Positions 1 to 11,100 of a DNA stretch of 64,000 nucleotides are shown piece after piece. The stretch is from positions 3,162,001 through 3,226,000 of the forward strand of contig OZ024764.1 in assembly GCA_964016885.1 (NCBI GenBank), given 5' to 3'. The notes under the pieces are model-generated. The model had not been told where the DNA came from and ran no database searches. It saw nothing but the letters and a program-made list of their open reading frames with translations. Each line of letters opens with the position of its first letter. Position 1 is the stretch's first letter. Origin of the DNA: Eledone cirrhosa. Its lineage: Eukaryota. The translations under genes and the position numbers were made by a program.

Positions 1-3000
1 TGTCCCCAGAGTGGTTCCAGCTTTGGTAGGTGCTGTGGCTGTGTAGAGAGGGGTGGGGTCTGAGAGTTGTTCTTGTTGTACTGTCCCCAGAGTGGTTCCA
101 GCTTTGGTAGGTGCTGTGGGTGTGTAGAGGGGGGGGTGGGGTCTGAGAGTTGTTCTTGTTGTACTGTCCCCAGAGTGGTTCCAGCTTTGGTAGGTGCTGT
201 GGCTGTGTAGAGGGGGGGTGGGGTCTGAGAGTTGTTCTTGTTGTACTGTCCCCAGAGTGGTTCCAGCTTTGGTAGGTGCTGTGGGTGTGTAGAGAGGGGG
301 TGGGGTCTGAGAGTTGTTCTTGTTGTACTGTCCCCAGAGTGGTTCCAGCTTTGGTAGGTGCTGTGGGTGTGTAGAGAGGGGGGGGGTCTGAGAGTTGTTC
401 TTGTTGTACTGTCCCCAGAGTGGTTCCAGCTTTGGTAGGTGCTGTGGGTGTGTAGAGGGGGGGTGGGGTCTGAGAGTTGTTCTTGTTGTACTGTCCCCAG
501 AGTGGTTCCAGCTTTGGTAGGTGCTGTGGCTGTGTAGAGGGGGGTGGGGTCTGAGAGTTGTTCTTGTACTGTCCCCAGAGTGGTTCCAGCTTTGGTAGGT
601 GCTGTGGGTGTGTAGAGAGGGGGTGTCTGAGAGTTGTTCTTGTTGTACTGTCCCCAGAGTGGTTCCAGCTTTGGTAGGTGCTGTGGGTGTGTAGAGGGGG
701 GGTGGGGTCTGAGAGTTGTTCTTGTTGTACTGTCCCCAGAGTGGTTCCAGCTTTGGTAGGTGCTGTGGCTGTGTAGAGGGGGGGTGGGGTCTGAGAGTTG
801 TTCTTGTTGTACTGTCCCCAGAGTGGTTCCAGCTTTGGTAGGTGCTGTGGGTGTGTAGAGAGGGGGTGGGGTCTGAGAGTTGTTCTTGTTGTACTGTCCC
901 CAGAGTGGTTCCAGCTTTGGTAGGTGCTGTGGGTGTGTAGAGAGGGGGGGGTCTGAGAGTTGTTCTTGTTGTACTGTCCCCAGAGTGGTTCCAGCTTTGG
1001 TAGGTGCTGTGGGTGTGTAGAGGGGGGGTGGGGTCTGAGAGTTGTTCTTGTTGTACTGTCCCCAGAGTGGTTCCAGCTTTGGTAGGTGCTGTGGCTGTGT
1101 AGAGGGGGGGTGGGGTCTGAGAGTTGTTCTTGTTGTACTGTCCCCAGAGTGGTTCCAGCTTTGGTAGGTGCTGTGGGTGTGTAGAGAGGGGGTGGGGTCT
1201 GAGAGTTGTTCTTGTTGTACTGTCCCCAGAGTGGTTCCAGCTTTGGTAGGTGCTGTGGGTGTGTAGAGAGGGGGGGGTCTGAGAGTTGTTCTTGTTGTAC
1301 TGTCCCCAGAGTGGTTCCAGCTTTGGTAGGTGCTGTGGGTGTGTAGAGGGGGGGTGGGGTCTGAGAGTTGTTCTTGTTGTACTGTCCCCAGAGTGGTTCC
1401 AGCTTTGGTAGGTGCTGTGGCTGTGTAGAGGGGGGTGGGGTCTGAGAGTTGTTCTTGTACTGTCCCCAGAGTGGTTCCAGCTTTGGTAGGTGCTGTGGGT
1501 GTGTAGAGAGGGGTGGGGTCTGAGAGTTGTTCTTGTTGTACTGTCCCCAGGGTGGTTCCAGCTTTGGTAGGTGCTGTGGGTGTGTAGAGAGGGGGGGGGG
1601 TCTGAGAGTTGTTCTTGTTGTACTGTCCCCAGAGTGGTTCCAGCTTTGGTAGGTGCTGTGGCTGTGTAGAGAGGGGGTGGGGTCTGAGAGTTGTTCTTGT
1701 TGTACTGTCCCCAGAGTGGTTCCAGCTTTGGTAGGTGCTGTGGGTGTGTAGAGGGGGGGTGGGGTCTGAGAGTTGTTCTTGTTATACTGTCCCCAGAGTG
1801 GTTCCAGCTTTGGTAGGTGCTGTGGGTGTGTAGAGAGGGGGGTGGGGTCTGAGAGTTGTTCTTGTACTGTCCCCAGAGTGGTTCCAGCTTTGGTAGGTGC
1901 TGTGGGTGTGTAGAGGGGGGGTGGGGTCTGAGAGTTGTTCTTGTTGTACTGTCCCCAGAGTGGTTCCAGCTTTGGTAGGTGCTGTGGGTGTGTAGAGGGG
2001 GGGTGGGGTCTGAGAGTTGTTCTTGTTGTACTGTCCCCAGAGTGGTTCCAGCTTTGGTAGGTGCTGTGGGTGTGTAGAGGGGGGGTGGGGTCTGAGAGTT
2101 GTTCTTGTTGTACTGTCCCCAGAGTGGTTCCAGCTTTGGTAGGTGCTGTGGGTGTGTAGAGGGGGGGTGGGGTCTGAGAGTTGTTCTTGTACTGTCCCCA
2201 GAGTGGTTCCAGCTTTGGTAGGTGCTGTGGGTGTGTAGAGGGGGGGTGGGGTCTGAGAGTTGTTCTTGTACTGTCCCCAGAGTGGTTCCAGCTTTGGTAG
2301 GTGCTGTGGGTGTGTAGAGGGGGGGGGGTCTGAGAGTTGTTCTTGTTGTACTGTCCCCAGAGTGGTTCCAGCTTTGGTAGGTGCTGTGGCTGTGTAGAGG
2401 GGGGTGGGGTCTGAGAGTTGTTCTTGTTATACTGTCCCCAGAGTGGTTCCAGCTTTGGTAGGTGCTGTGGGTGTGTAGAGAGGGGGTGGGGTCTGAGAGT
2501 TGTTCTTGTTATACTGTCCCCAGAGTGGTTCCAGCTTTGGTAGGTGCTGTGGCTGTGTAGAGGGGGGTGGGGTCTGAGAGTTGTTCTTGTTATACTGTCC
2601 CCAGAGTGGTTCCAGCTTTGGTAGGTGCTGTGGGTGTGTAGAGAGGGGGTGGGGTCTGAGAGTTGTTCTTGTTATACTGTCCCCAGAGTGGTTCCAGCTT
2701 TGGTAGGTGCTGTGGGTGTGTAGAGAGGGGGTGGGGTCTGAGAGTTGTTCTTGTTATACTGTCCCCAGAGTGGTTCCAGCTTTGGTAGGTGCTGTGGGTG
2801 TGTAGAGAGGGGGTGGGGTCTGAGAGTTGTTCTTGTTATACTGTCCCCAGAGTGGTTCCAGCTTTGGTAGGTGCTGTGGCTGTGTAGAGGGGGGGGGGTC
2901 TGAGAGTTGTTCTTGTTGTACTGTCCCCAGAGTGGTTCCAGCTTTGGTAGGTGCTGTGGCTGTGTAGAGAGGGAGTGGGGTCTGAGAGTTGTTCTTGTTG

Positions 3001-4766
3001 TACTGTCCCCAGAGTGGTTCCAGCTTTGGTAGGTGCTGTGGGTGTGTAGAGAGGGAGTGGGGTCTGAGAGATGTTCTTGTTATACTGTCCCCAGAGTGGT
3101 TCCAGCTTTGGTAGGTGCTGTGGGTGTGTAGAGAGGGGGTGGGGTCTGAGAGTTGTTCTTGTTATACTGTCCCCAGAGTGGTTCCAGCTTTGGTAGGTGC
3201 TGTGGGTGTGTAGAGAGGGGGTGGGGTCTGAGAGTTGTTCTTGTTGTACTGTCCCCAGAGTGGTTCCAGCTTTGGTAGGTGCTGTGGGTGTGTAGAGAGG
3301 GGGTGGGGTCTGAGAGTTGTTCTTGTTGTACTGTCCCCAGAGTGGTTCCAGCTTTGGTAGGTGCTGTGGGTGTGTAGAGAGGGGGTGGGGTCTGAGAGTT
3401 GTTCTTGTTATACTGTCCCCAGAGTGGTTCCAGCTTTGGTAGGTGCTGTGGGTGTGTAGAGAGGGGGTGGGGTCTGAGAGTTGTTCTTGTTGTACTGTCC
3501 CCAGAGTGGTTCCAGCTTTGGTAGGTGCTGTGGGTGTGTAGATAGGGGGTGGGGTCTGAGAGTTGTTCTTGTTGTACTGTCCCCAGAGTGGTTCCAGCTT
3601 TGGTAGGTGCTGTGGGTGTGTAGAGAGGGGGTGGGGTCTGAGAGTTGTTCTTGTTGTACTGTCCCCAGAGTGGTTCCAGCTTTGGTAGGTGCTGTGGGTG
3701 TGTAGAGAGGGAGTGGGGTCTGAGAGATGTTCTTGTTATACTGTCCCCAGAGTGGTTCCAGCTTTGGTAGGTGCTGTGGGTGTGTAGAGAGGGGGTGGGG
3801 TCTGAGAGTTGTTCTTGTTATACTGTCCCCAGAGTGGTTCCAGCTTTGGTAGGTGCTGTGGGTGTGTAGAGAGGGGGTGGGGTCTGAGAGTTGTTCTTGT
3901 TGTACTGTCCCCAGAGTGGTTCCAGCTTTGGTAGGTGCTGTGGGTGTGTAGAGAGGGGGTGGGGTCTGAGAGTTGTTCTTGTTGTACTGTCCCCAGAGTG
4001 GTTCCAGCTTTGGTAGGTGCTGTGGCTGTGTAGAGGGGGGTGGGGTCTGAGAGTTGTTCTTGTTATACTGTCCCCAGAGTGGTTCCAGCTTTGGTAGGTG
4101 CTGTGGCTGTGTAGAGAGGGGGTGGGGTCTGAGAGATGTTCTTGTTGTACTGTCCCCAGAGTGGTTCCAACTTTGGTAGGTGCTGTGGGTGTGTAGAGGG
4201 GGGGGGCGTCTGAGAGTTCTTGTTGTACTGTCCCCAGAGTGGTTCCAGCTTTGGTAGGTGCTGTGGGTGTGTAGAGAGGGGGTGGGGTCTGAGAGATGTT
4301 CTTGTTATACTGTCCCCAGAGTGGTTCCAGCTTTGGTAGGTGCTGTGGGTGTGTAGAGAGGGGGTGGGGTCTGAGAGATGTTCTTGTTGTACTGTCCCCA
4401 GAGTGGTTCCAACTTTGGTAGGTGCTGTGGGTGTGTAGAGGGGGGGGGGGCGTCTGAGAGTTCTTGTTGTACTGTCCCCAGAGTGGTTCCAGCTTTGGTA
4501 GGTGCTGTGGGTGTGTAGAGAGGGGGTGGGGTCTGAGAGATGTTCTTGTTATACTGTCCCCAGAGTGGTTCCAGCTTTGGTAGGTGCTGTGGGTGTGTAG
4601 AGGGGGGGGGGGTCTGAGAGTTGTTCTTGTACTCTCCCCAGAGTGGTTCCAGCTTTGGTAGGTGCTGTGGCTGTGTAGAGAGGGGGTAGGGGTGTTCTGA
4701 GAGTTGTTCTTGTTGTATTGTCCCCAGAGTGGTTCCAGCTTTGGTAGGTGCTGTGGCTGTGTAGAG
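1..4766. repeat. ~82-bp G-rich tandem minisatellite (~58 units, continues off the window)
   Basis: Unit TGTCCCCAGAGTGGTTCCAGCTTTGGTAGGTGCTGTGGGTGTGTAGAGAGGGGGTGGGGTCTGAGAGTTGTTCTTGTTGTAC recurs at 1, 82, 165 and onward, with variable G-runs. Confidence 0.97.
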
Positions 4767-5083
4767 CAGGTATGTCAAACATGTGGCCCTTTACAAGCAT
4801 GCCTGTGGCCCACACAAAGCTTTTTACTGCGTCAGTATGTTTCATCTTCGTAAAATTAGTTGTAATGTGCGCAGTTAGTCATCGTGTGTCGCCCTCAAAC
4901 AACACATATGGGGCCCTCAAACAACACATATGTGACCCATGGGGCCCTCAGACAACACGTGTGTGACCCATGTGGCGCTCAGACAACACATGTGGCCCTC
5001 AGACAACATTTATGGGGCCCTCAGACAACACGTGTGACCCATGTGGCCTTCGGGGGGGGGGGGGCCTTAATTTGACATGCCTG
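4767..5083. mobile_element. hAT-type non-autonomous MITE
   Basis: TIRs CAGGTATGTCAAA / TTTGACATGCCTG; 8-bp flanks GTGTAGAG / GTGTAGTG (7/8 TSD match); internal GGCCC-containing subrepeats. Confidence 0.85.
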
Positions 5084-5345
5084 GTGTAGTGCACACTTCT
5101 TGAAAGACTCTCTCACTTTGATCCTTCTTGTCAGATGATGGCTTCAACAGACTTGAACTGTTTGACAGTCCTCGGCTTTTGACCTTACACTGTAGTCCTG
5201 TCAATTGGTTTGTTTCATCATCAACTTGGCCTTCTTAGCACTGATCTCCATGGTGTATGAGAGGCTGTGTAGAGCACACTACTTGCAAGGATCTCTCTGG
5301 CTTTGATCCATCTTGACAGATGGTGGCCCCAACGAACTTATAATG
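5084..5345 (-). pseudogene. Decayed RTE-clade LINE reverse-transcriptase fragment (related pieces at ~6265-6560)
   Basis: Minus strand reads MEISAKKAKLMM followed by frameshifted pieces resembling the RTE RT segment MEISAEKTKLM...LETVxxFKYLG...DEGSKPEILARIA. Confidence 0.6.
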
Positions 5346-5469
5346 ATTGATTTTAAATCAGTGATATAATTTATGGAGAAAAACTGCATTTCAATATTAC
5401 TCAATGTAAAATGTAATGCATGAAAAATTTGAAAACATTATTTTTCGTAATATATCAAATCAAAATTAC

Positions 5470-5928
5470 ATTATTAAATCTTATTTTGTTGCTTGTAAAT
5501 AATTTTTTTCTAAATATCAATTCAAAACTTTTGTGAATAGGCATCATATCTTGTTATTTACCTATGGTTTAAATTTCATATAAATCGAAGGGAAAACATT
5601 TCAGCAGGGGTTTGTGCCCTGGGGGTACCTAATAGGGGTTTAACCCCCATTAGGGTGTCTAAATATAATTGAAATTTTTTGAATAGGTATCATATCTTGT
5701 CATTTACCTATCGTTTAAATTTCATATAAATCGAAAGGAAAAGATTTTCAGCAGGGGTTTGTGCCCCCGGGGAACCCTTTGATTAAAATGAAATATACTT
5801 ATCCAAGTACCCTGGGCAATGTAGTTTCAGAATATATATGGTTATGGGGGGTCTATCTCCAAAACCATAGGAGGAGTTCGTGAACAAACAAACAGACAGG
5901 AACTACAACTTTATATATATATATTAGA
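5470..5928 (-). mobile_element. Helitron-like non-autonomous fragment
   Basis: Minus strand starts TCTAATATATATATATAAAG followed by a (GTTT/GTCT) tract, like the 5' ends of the Helitrons at 14018 and 21328; internal duplication; no clear 3' CTAG end. Confidence 0.45.
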
Positions 5929-5929
5929 A

Positions 5930-6262
5930 TGGAGGCACATGGCTTAGTGGTTAGAGCATTGGCCTTGCAATCGAAAGGTTGTGAGTTCAATTCTCAGACT
6001 GGGTGATGTGTTGTTTCTTTCAGCAAGACACTTTATTTCACATTGCTCCAGTTTACTCAGCTGTAGAAATGAGATGATAGGGACTGGGGTCCCTATCATT
6101 CCACTGCAAAGAGGTCGTGGAGGTGCCACAGTAAAAAAGCCCCCAACACTCACTGTAAATGAGGTTGGTGTTAGGAAGGGCATCCAGCTGTAGAAATCAA
6201 GCCAGAATCAGTTTCCGTCCCACCCTTGCAGGCAGGGAAAAGCGGACGTAAAATGGTAATAA
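5930..6262 (+). mobile_element. tRNA-derived CORE-type SINE with RTE-like 3' tail
   Basis: A box TGGCTTAGTGG, B box GAGTTCAATTC, CORE-like CAAGACACTTT...CAGCTGTAGAAATG, tail GGAAGGGCATCCAGCTG...GGACGTAAAATG; many near-identical copies in the window. Confidence 0.88.
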
Positions 6263-6737
6263 TATTACAGTCCTCAGCTCTTGACTTCACACTGTAGTCC
6301 TCTCTCAATTTGGTTTTCTCCATGCTACGGCTATATAGAGCACACTTCTTGCAAGGACCTCCCTGGCTTTGATCCATCTTGACAGATGACGACCCCAATG
6401 AACTTGTAATGCGTTACAGTCCTCAGCTCTTGACTTCACACTGTGGTGATGTCTAGTTGGTTTATGTTCATCATCCACTTTGGTCTTCTCACCACTGGCT
6501 CCCTGCTGTATGAGATGCTGTGGCTGTGATGCAGGGCCCTAACTGGCTCTGATCCCAATATAGTTGTACTGTGTCATAGTCTTCAGCTCTTAACCACTTC
6601 TTGTCATGCCCACAAGATTGTCAAGTACAAAGCTTGGCTAGATGTGGTTCAGCTGAACACATTGTTGTCCTTTCTCATTAACCCTTTAATTTTCAAACAT
6701 CATGCTTATCTGTTATATGCCCCCTGCATTATGTTCA

Positions 6738-7127
6738 GGGGGCGGTGAATTGGCAGTATCGGTAGAGGGTTGGACGCCATGCTTTGACGCATGTAGTTAT
6801 GGCCCTTGCTATTCTGAGTTCAAATCCCGCCGGGGTTAACTTTGCCTTTCATCCTTACGGGGTCGATAAAATAAAGTACCAGTAATGCACTGGGTAATTG
6901 CTGGCCTTGTGCCAAAAGTAGAAACAATTATTTTCAGAGGGCGGTGGATTGGCAGTATTGGTAGAGGGTCGGACGCCATGCTTTGCAGCATAGAGTTACG
7001 TCCCTTTACGGACTGAGTTCAATTCCCGTTGAGGTTAACTTTGCCTTTCATCCTTACGGGGTCGATAAAATAAAGTACCAGTAATGCACTGGGTAATTGC
7101 TGGCCTTGTGCCTAAAGTAGAAACAAT

Positions 7128-7130
<3 letters not shown>
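6738..7130 (+). mobile_element. Two tandem Meta-domain SINEs
   Basis: Heads GGGCGGTG(A/G)ATTGGCAG, B box GAGTTCAAATCCC, Meta-like GCCTTTCATCCTTACGGGGTCGATAAAATAAAGTACCAG, end AAACAATTAT; copies at 6738-6932 and 6939-7130. Confidence 0.8.
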
Positions 7131-7171
<41 letters not shown>

Positions 7172-7178
<7 letters not shown>

Positions 7179-7460
7179 AGATCAAAAGATGGTTAAAGGA
7201 GTTCAATATATTTTATTATGCGCATTTCAAAAACAAACATCATCAAACAATAATATTTGTGTTTTCATCAGATAAAACAGGAGAACATGATATGAAGGCT
7301 AAAAAAAACACTTGTTGATAGTGCAGTTTTAAATCAACATATCTCCTTTAACCATCTTTTGATCTTATATTATGCATACTCCAGTCCCACAAACTGTAGA
7401 GTGCTTCTTATCCGATATCTGCATTGCTTTATTGTACTACAATAAAACTCACCTCCTACA
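7172..7460 (-). mobile_element. Penelope-like non-coding element with inverted repeat, inserted in (TA)n
   Basis: ~30-bp inverted repeat at 7172-7201 / 7343-7372, contains a hammerhead motif, flanked by (TA)n; related pieces at ~15020-15140 and ~50400-50430. Confidence 0.6.
7210..7278 (-). ncRNA. Type I hammerhead ribozyme motif
   Basis: GUUUUAU-CUGAUGA-[stem II ~13/14 pairs incl. GU]-GAAA-UGCGCA-UA^AUAAAAU; stem I paired; palindromic stem III; predicted cut between 7217 and 7216. Confidence 0.78.
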
Positions 7461-7715
7461 TATATATATATATATATACATACACAGCTCAATGTAAAAA
7501 AAAAGAAGACAAACACAGTGAACAGTTAAATATATATATATTAGTTTCACACTTGTGAGAAAAGGAACTAAAAAGAAAGATGTCTTGATGTATCGGACTT
7601 TAGCTTTTCATCTGGTAAGAGTGGATTGTTTATAAATAACCCGTTGATAATGATGATGATGATCATCATCTTCATCATCACATCATCATCAACATCAACA
7701 TCACTATCGTCTAGT

Positions 7716-7769
7716 TTATTGGCCTTTATATTTCCGTGTACATGTCACCTCACCTCCTACACACATAGT
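7716..7769 (-). CDS. FABP: FABP coding exon 4 ([17 protein letters not shown])
   Basis: Acceptor TTTTTTCTCTTTTCCAG|ACT; 54 nt ending in TAA; contains the conserved R-x-Y ligand motif. Confidence 0.9.
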   Translation of the reverse strand, partial: TMCVGGEVTCTRKYKGQ

Positions 7770-8102
7770 CTGGAAAAGAGAAAAAATATATCTATATAAT
7801 ATACATATTACGATCGTGTCAAGAAACAGTCCACTAACTGAGGGGTCTCTTGATAAGCCTTATTAACCTCACAGTGATGGCGCATTTCTATAGTGCAGGA
7901 TTGCTGCAGTGCAACTTCTTGAAACTGCAGTCGGGAATTTGGAGAAAAAATAGGTATATTTTTGTCTAATAAATCCTCATATTTTTAATTTGATAAATAG
8001 CTCTGATTTATTGATTATTGGAACTCTTTCGGTCATTGAGTGAAACTGGTCAAGGCGGGCACCACACACACATATATGTATGTATCTGTGTGAGTATCTC
8101 AT

Positions 8103-8136
<34 letters not shown>

Positions 8137-11100
8137 CATCTATCTTCCATGGAGGCACATGGCTTAGTGGTTAGAGCATTGGCCTTGCAATCGAAAGGTT
8201 GTGAGTTCAATTCTCAGACCGAGTGATGTGTTGTTTCCTTGAGCAAGACACTTTATTTCACATTGTTCCAGTTTACTCAGCTGTAGAAATGAGATGATAG
8301 GGACTGGGGTCGTGGAGGTGCCACGGCAAAAAGAGCACCCAGCACTCACTGTAGATGAGGTTGGTGTTAGGAAGGGCATCCAGCTGTAGACATCAAGCCA
8401 GAATCAGTTCCCGTCCCACCCTTGCAAGTAGGGAAAAGCGGACGTAAAATGAAATGATGAAATGATGATATATATATAACATATATATATATATAAAGTG
8501 GACGTAAAATGATGATGATGATGATATATACATCATCATCATCTTCCACATTAGCATGGGTTAGACGGGAGTTGTCCCACTTGAGGCAAGGTTGGTCAGG
8601 TGACCGTGTCTCCCTCATATAAGACTGTCTGGCAGGTCTGCTACGGCTGGATGCCCTTCCTAACACCAACCACATTTACAGTGTGGACTGGGAGGTTTTT
8701 ACCGTGTTACCTACACGGCCACATTACAGCGTGGACTGTGTGTTTTTTTTGTCGTGACACCTACACGATCTCGATCTCCTTACCCCATTTATTTGGACTG
8801 GATGATGTGGTACCAACTTTACAGAGAGAGGGTGGTGTTGGTGGGAGTGGGAGGATAGGGTAGGGGTAGTGGATTGATAGATATATATATATATCATCAT
8901 CATCATTGTTTAACTTCTATCTTCCAGGCAAGCATGGGCTGGACAAGGTTGTCCCATTTGAGGCAAGATTGGTCGGGTGACCGTGTCTCCCTCGTACAGA
9001 ACTGTTTCTGGCAGATTTTCTATGGCTGGATGCCCTTCCAAACACCAACCACATTTACAGTGTGGACTGGGAGCTTGTTTACTGTGTCTCCTACATGACC
9101 ACTTTACAGTGAGGACTGGGTACTTTTTATTGACACCTACATGACCACTTTACAGTGTGGACTGGGTACTTTTTATTGACACCTACATGACCACTTTACA
9201 GTGTGGACTGGGTACTTTTTGTTGTGACACCTACATGACCACTTTACAGTGTGGACTGGGTGTTTTTTGTTGTGACACCTACATGACCACTTTACAGTGT
9301 GGACTGGGTGTTTTTTGTTGTGACACCTACATGACCACTTTACAGTGTGGACTGGGTGTTTTTTGTTGTGACACCTACATGACCACTTCACAGTGTGGAC
9401 TGGGTACTTTTTGTTGTGACACCTACATGACCACTTCACAGTGTGGACTGGGTACTTTTTGTTGTGACACCTACACTACCACTTTACAGTGTGGACTGGG
9501 TGTTGTTTGTCATGACACCTACATGACCACTTTACAGTGTGGACTGGGTACTTTTTGTTGTGACACCTACATGACCACTTTACAGTGTGGACTGGGTGTT
9601 TTTTGTTGTGTCACCTACATGACCACTTTACAGTGTGGACTGGGTGTTTTTTGTTGTGTCACCTACATGACCACTTTACAGTGTGGACTGGGTACTTTTT
9701 GTTGTGACACCTACATGACCACTTCACAGTGTGGACTGGGTACTTTTTGTTGTGACACCTACATGACCACTTTACAGTGTGGACTGGGTGTTTTTTGTTG
9801 TGTCACCTACATGACCACTTTACAGTGTGGACTGGGTGTTTTTTGTTGTGTCACCTACATGACCACTTTACAGTGTGGACTGGGTGTTTTTTGTTGTGTC
9901 ACCTACATGACCACTTTACAGTGTGGACTGGGTACTTTTTGTTGTGACACCTACATGACCACTTCACAGTGTGGACTGGGTACTTTTTGTTGTGACACCT
10001 ACACTACCACTTTACAGTGTGGACTGGGTGTTGTTTGTCATGACACCTACATGACCACTTCACAGTGTGGACTGGGTGTTTTTTGTCGTGACACCTACAT
10101 GACCACTTCACAGTGTGGACTGGGTGTTTTTTGTCATGACACCTACATGACCACTTTACAGTGTGGACTGGGTGTTTTTTGTCGTGACACCTACATGACC
10201 ACTTTACAGTGTGGACTGCGTACTTTTTGTCGTGACACCTACATGACCACTTTACAGTGTGGACTGGGTGCTGTTTGTTGTGACACCTACATGACCACTT
10301 TACAGTGTGGACTGGGTGTTCTGTCGTACCAACATAACTTTATAGAGAAAGGGTGGTGTGGGTGGGAGTGGGAGAATGGAATAGGGGTAGTGGGTTGGGG
10401 TGTATATTTGGTTAAGAGGTTCCTACTGACTGTAGGTTTAACTTTCTACGTAGGGAAGGCGGGTCCTCTGTATTACTGCGTAGCGCCAAAGGTCTCGATG
10501 CAGTGAGATGTCTTATATATATATATATGGCGTCATGCAGTAATACAGAGTACCCGACGTCCCATGGGTACAAGCTGAAGCATATAGACAATATGCCTCC
10601 ACACCCTCCCACTGTAAAGTGGTCGTGGAAGTGCCACGGCAAAAAAAACCCAGCACTCACTGTAAATGAGGTTGGTGTTAGGAAGGGCATCCAGCTGTAG
10701 AAATCAAGCCAGATCAGTTCCTGCATGAGCAAGGCATGGTCAGCCGACCAGACACTGCCCACAACAACACAACCCGTCTAACCCATGCTAGCCTGGAAGA
10801 ACGGATGTAAAACGGTGATGATGATGATATATATGTATATCATCATCATCATCATCATCATCGTTTAACGTCCATGTTCCATGCTTGCATGGGTTTGGAC
10901 GGGAGTTTTCCCACTTGAGGCAAGAGTGGTTGTCTTGCTCGCATAGGACTGTCTGGCGGGTTTTCTACGGTTGGATGCCCTTCCTAACACCAACCACATT
11001 TACAGTGTGGGGCTGGGAGGTTTTTACCGTGTTGCCTACACGGCCACATTACAGCGTGGACTGTCTGGCAGGTTTTCTACAGCTGGATGCCCTTCCTAAC

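Noticed and set aside
5930-6005. tRNA gene candidates at SINE heads (also 37800-37872 and 61640-61710)
   Set aside because: A/B boxes are present but the cloverleaf is incomplete and most continue into SINE bodies, so they are SINE heads or relics.
9157-10506. 449-aa Cys-rich repeat ORF (metallothionein- or keratin-like appearance)
   Set aside because: It is the antisense read-through of a 48-bp array derived from an RTE 3' UTR.
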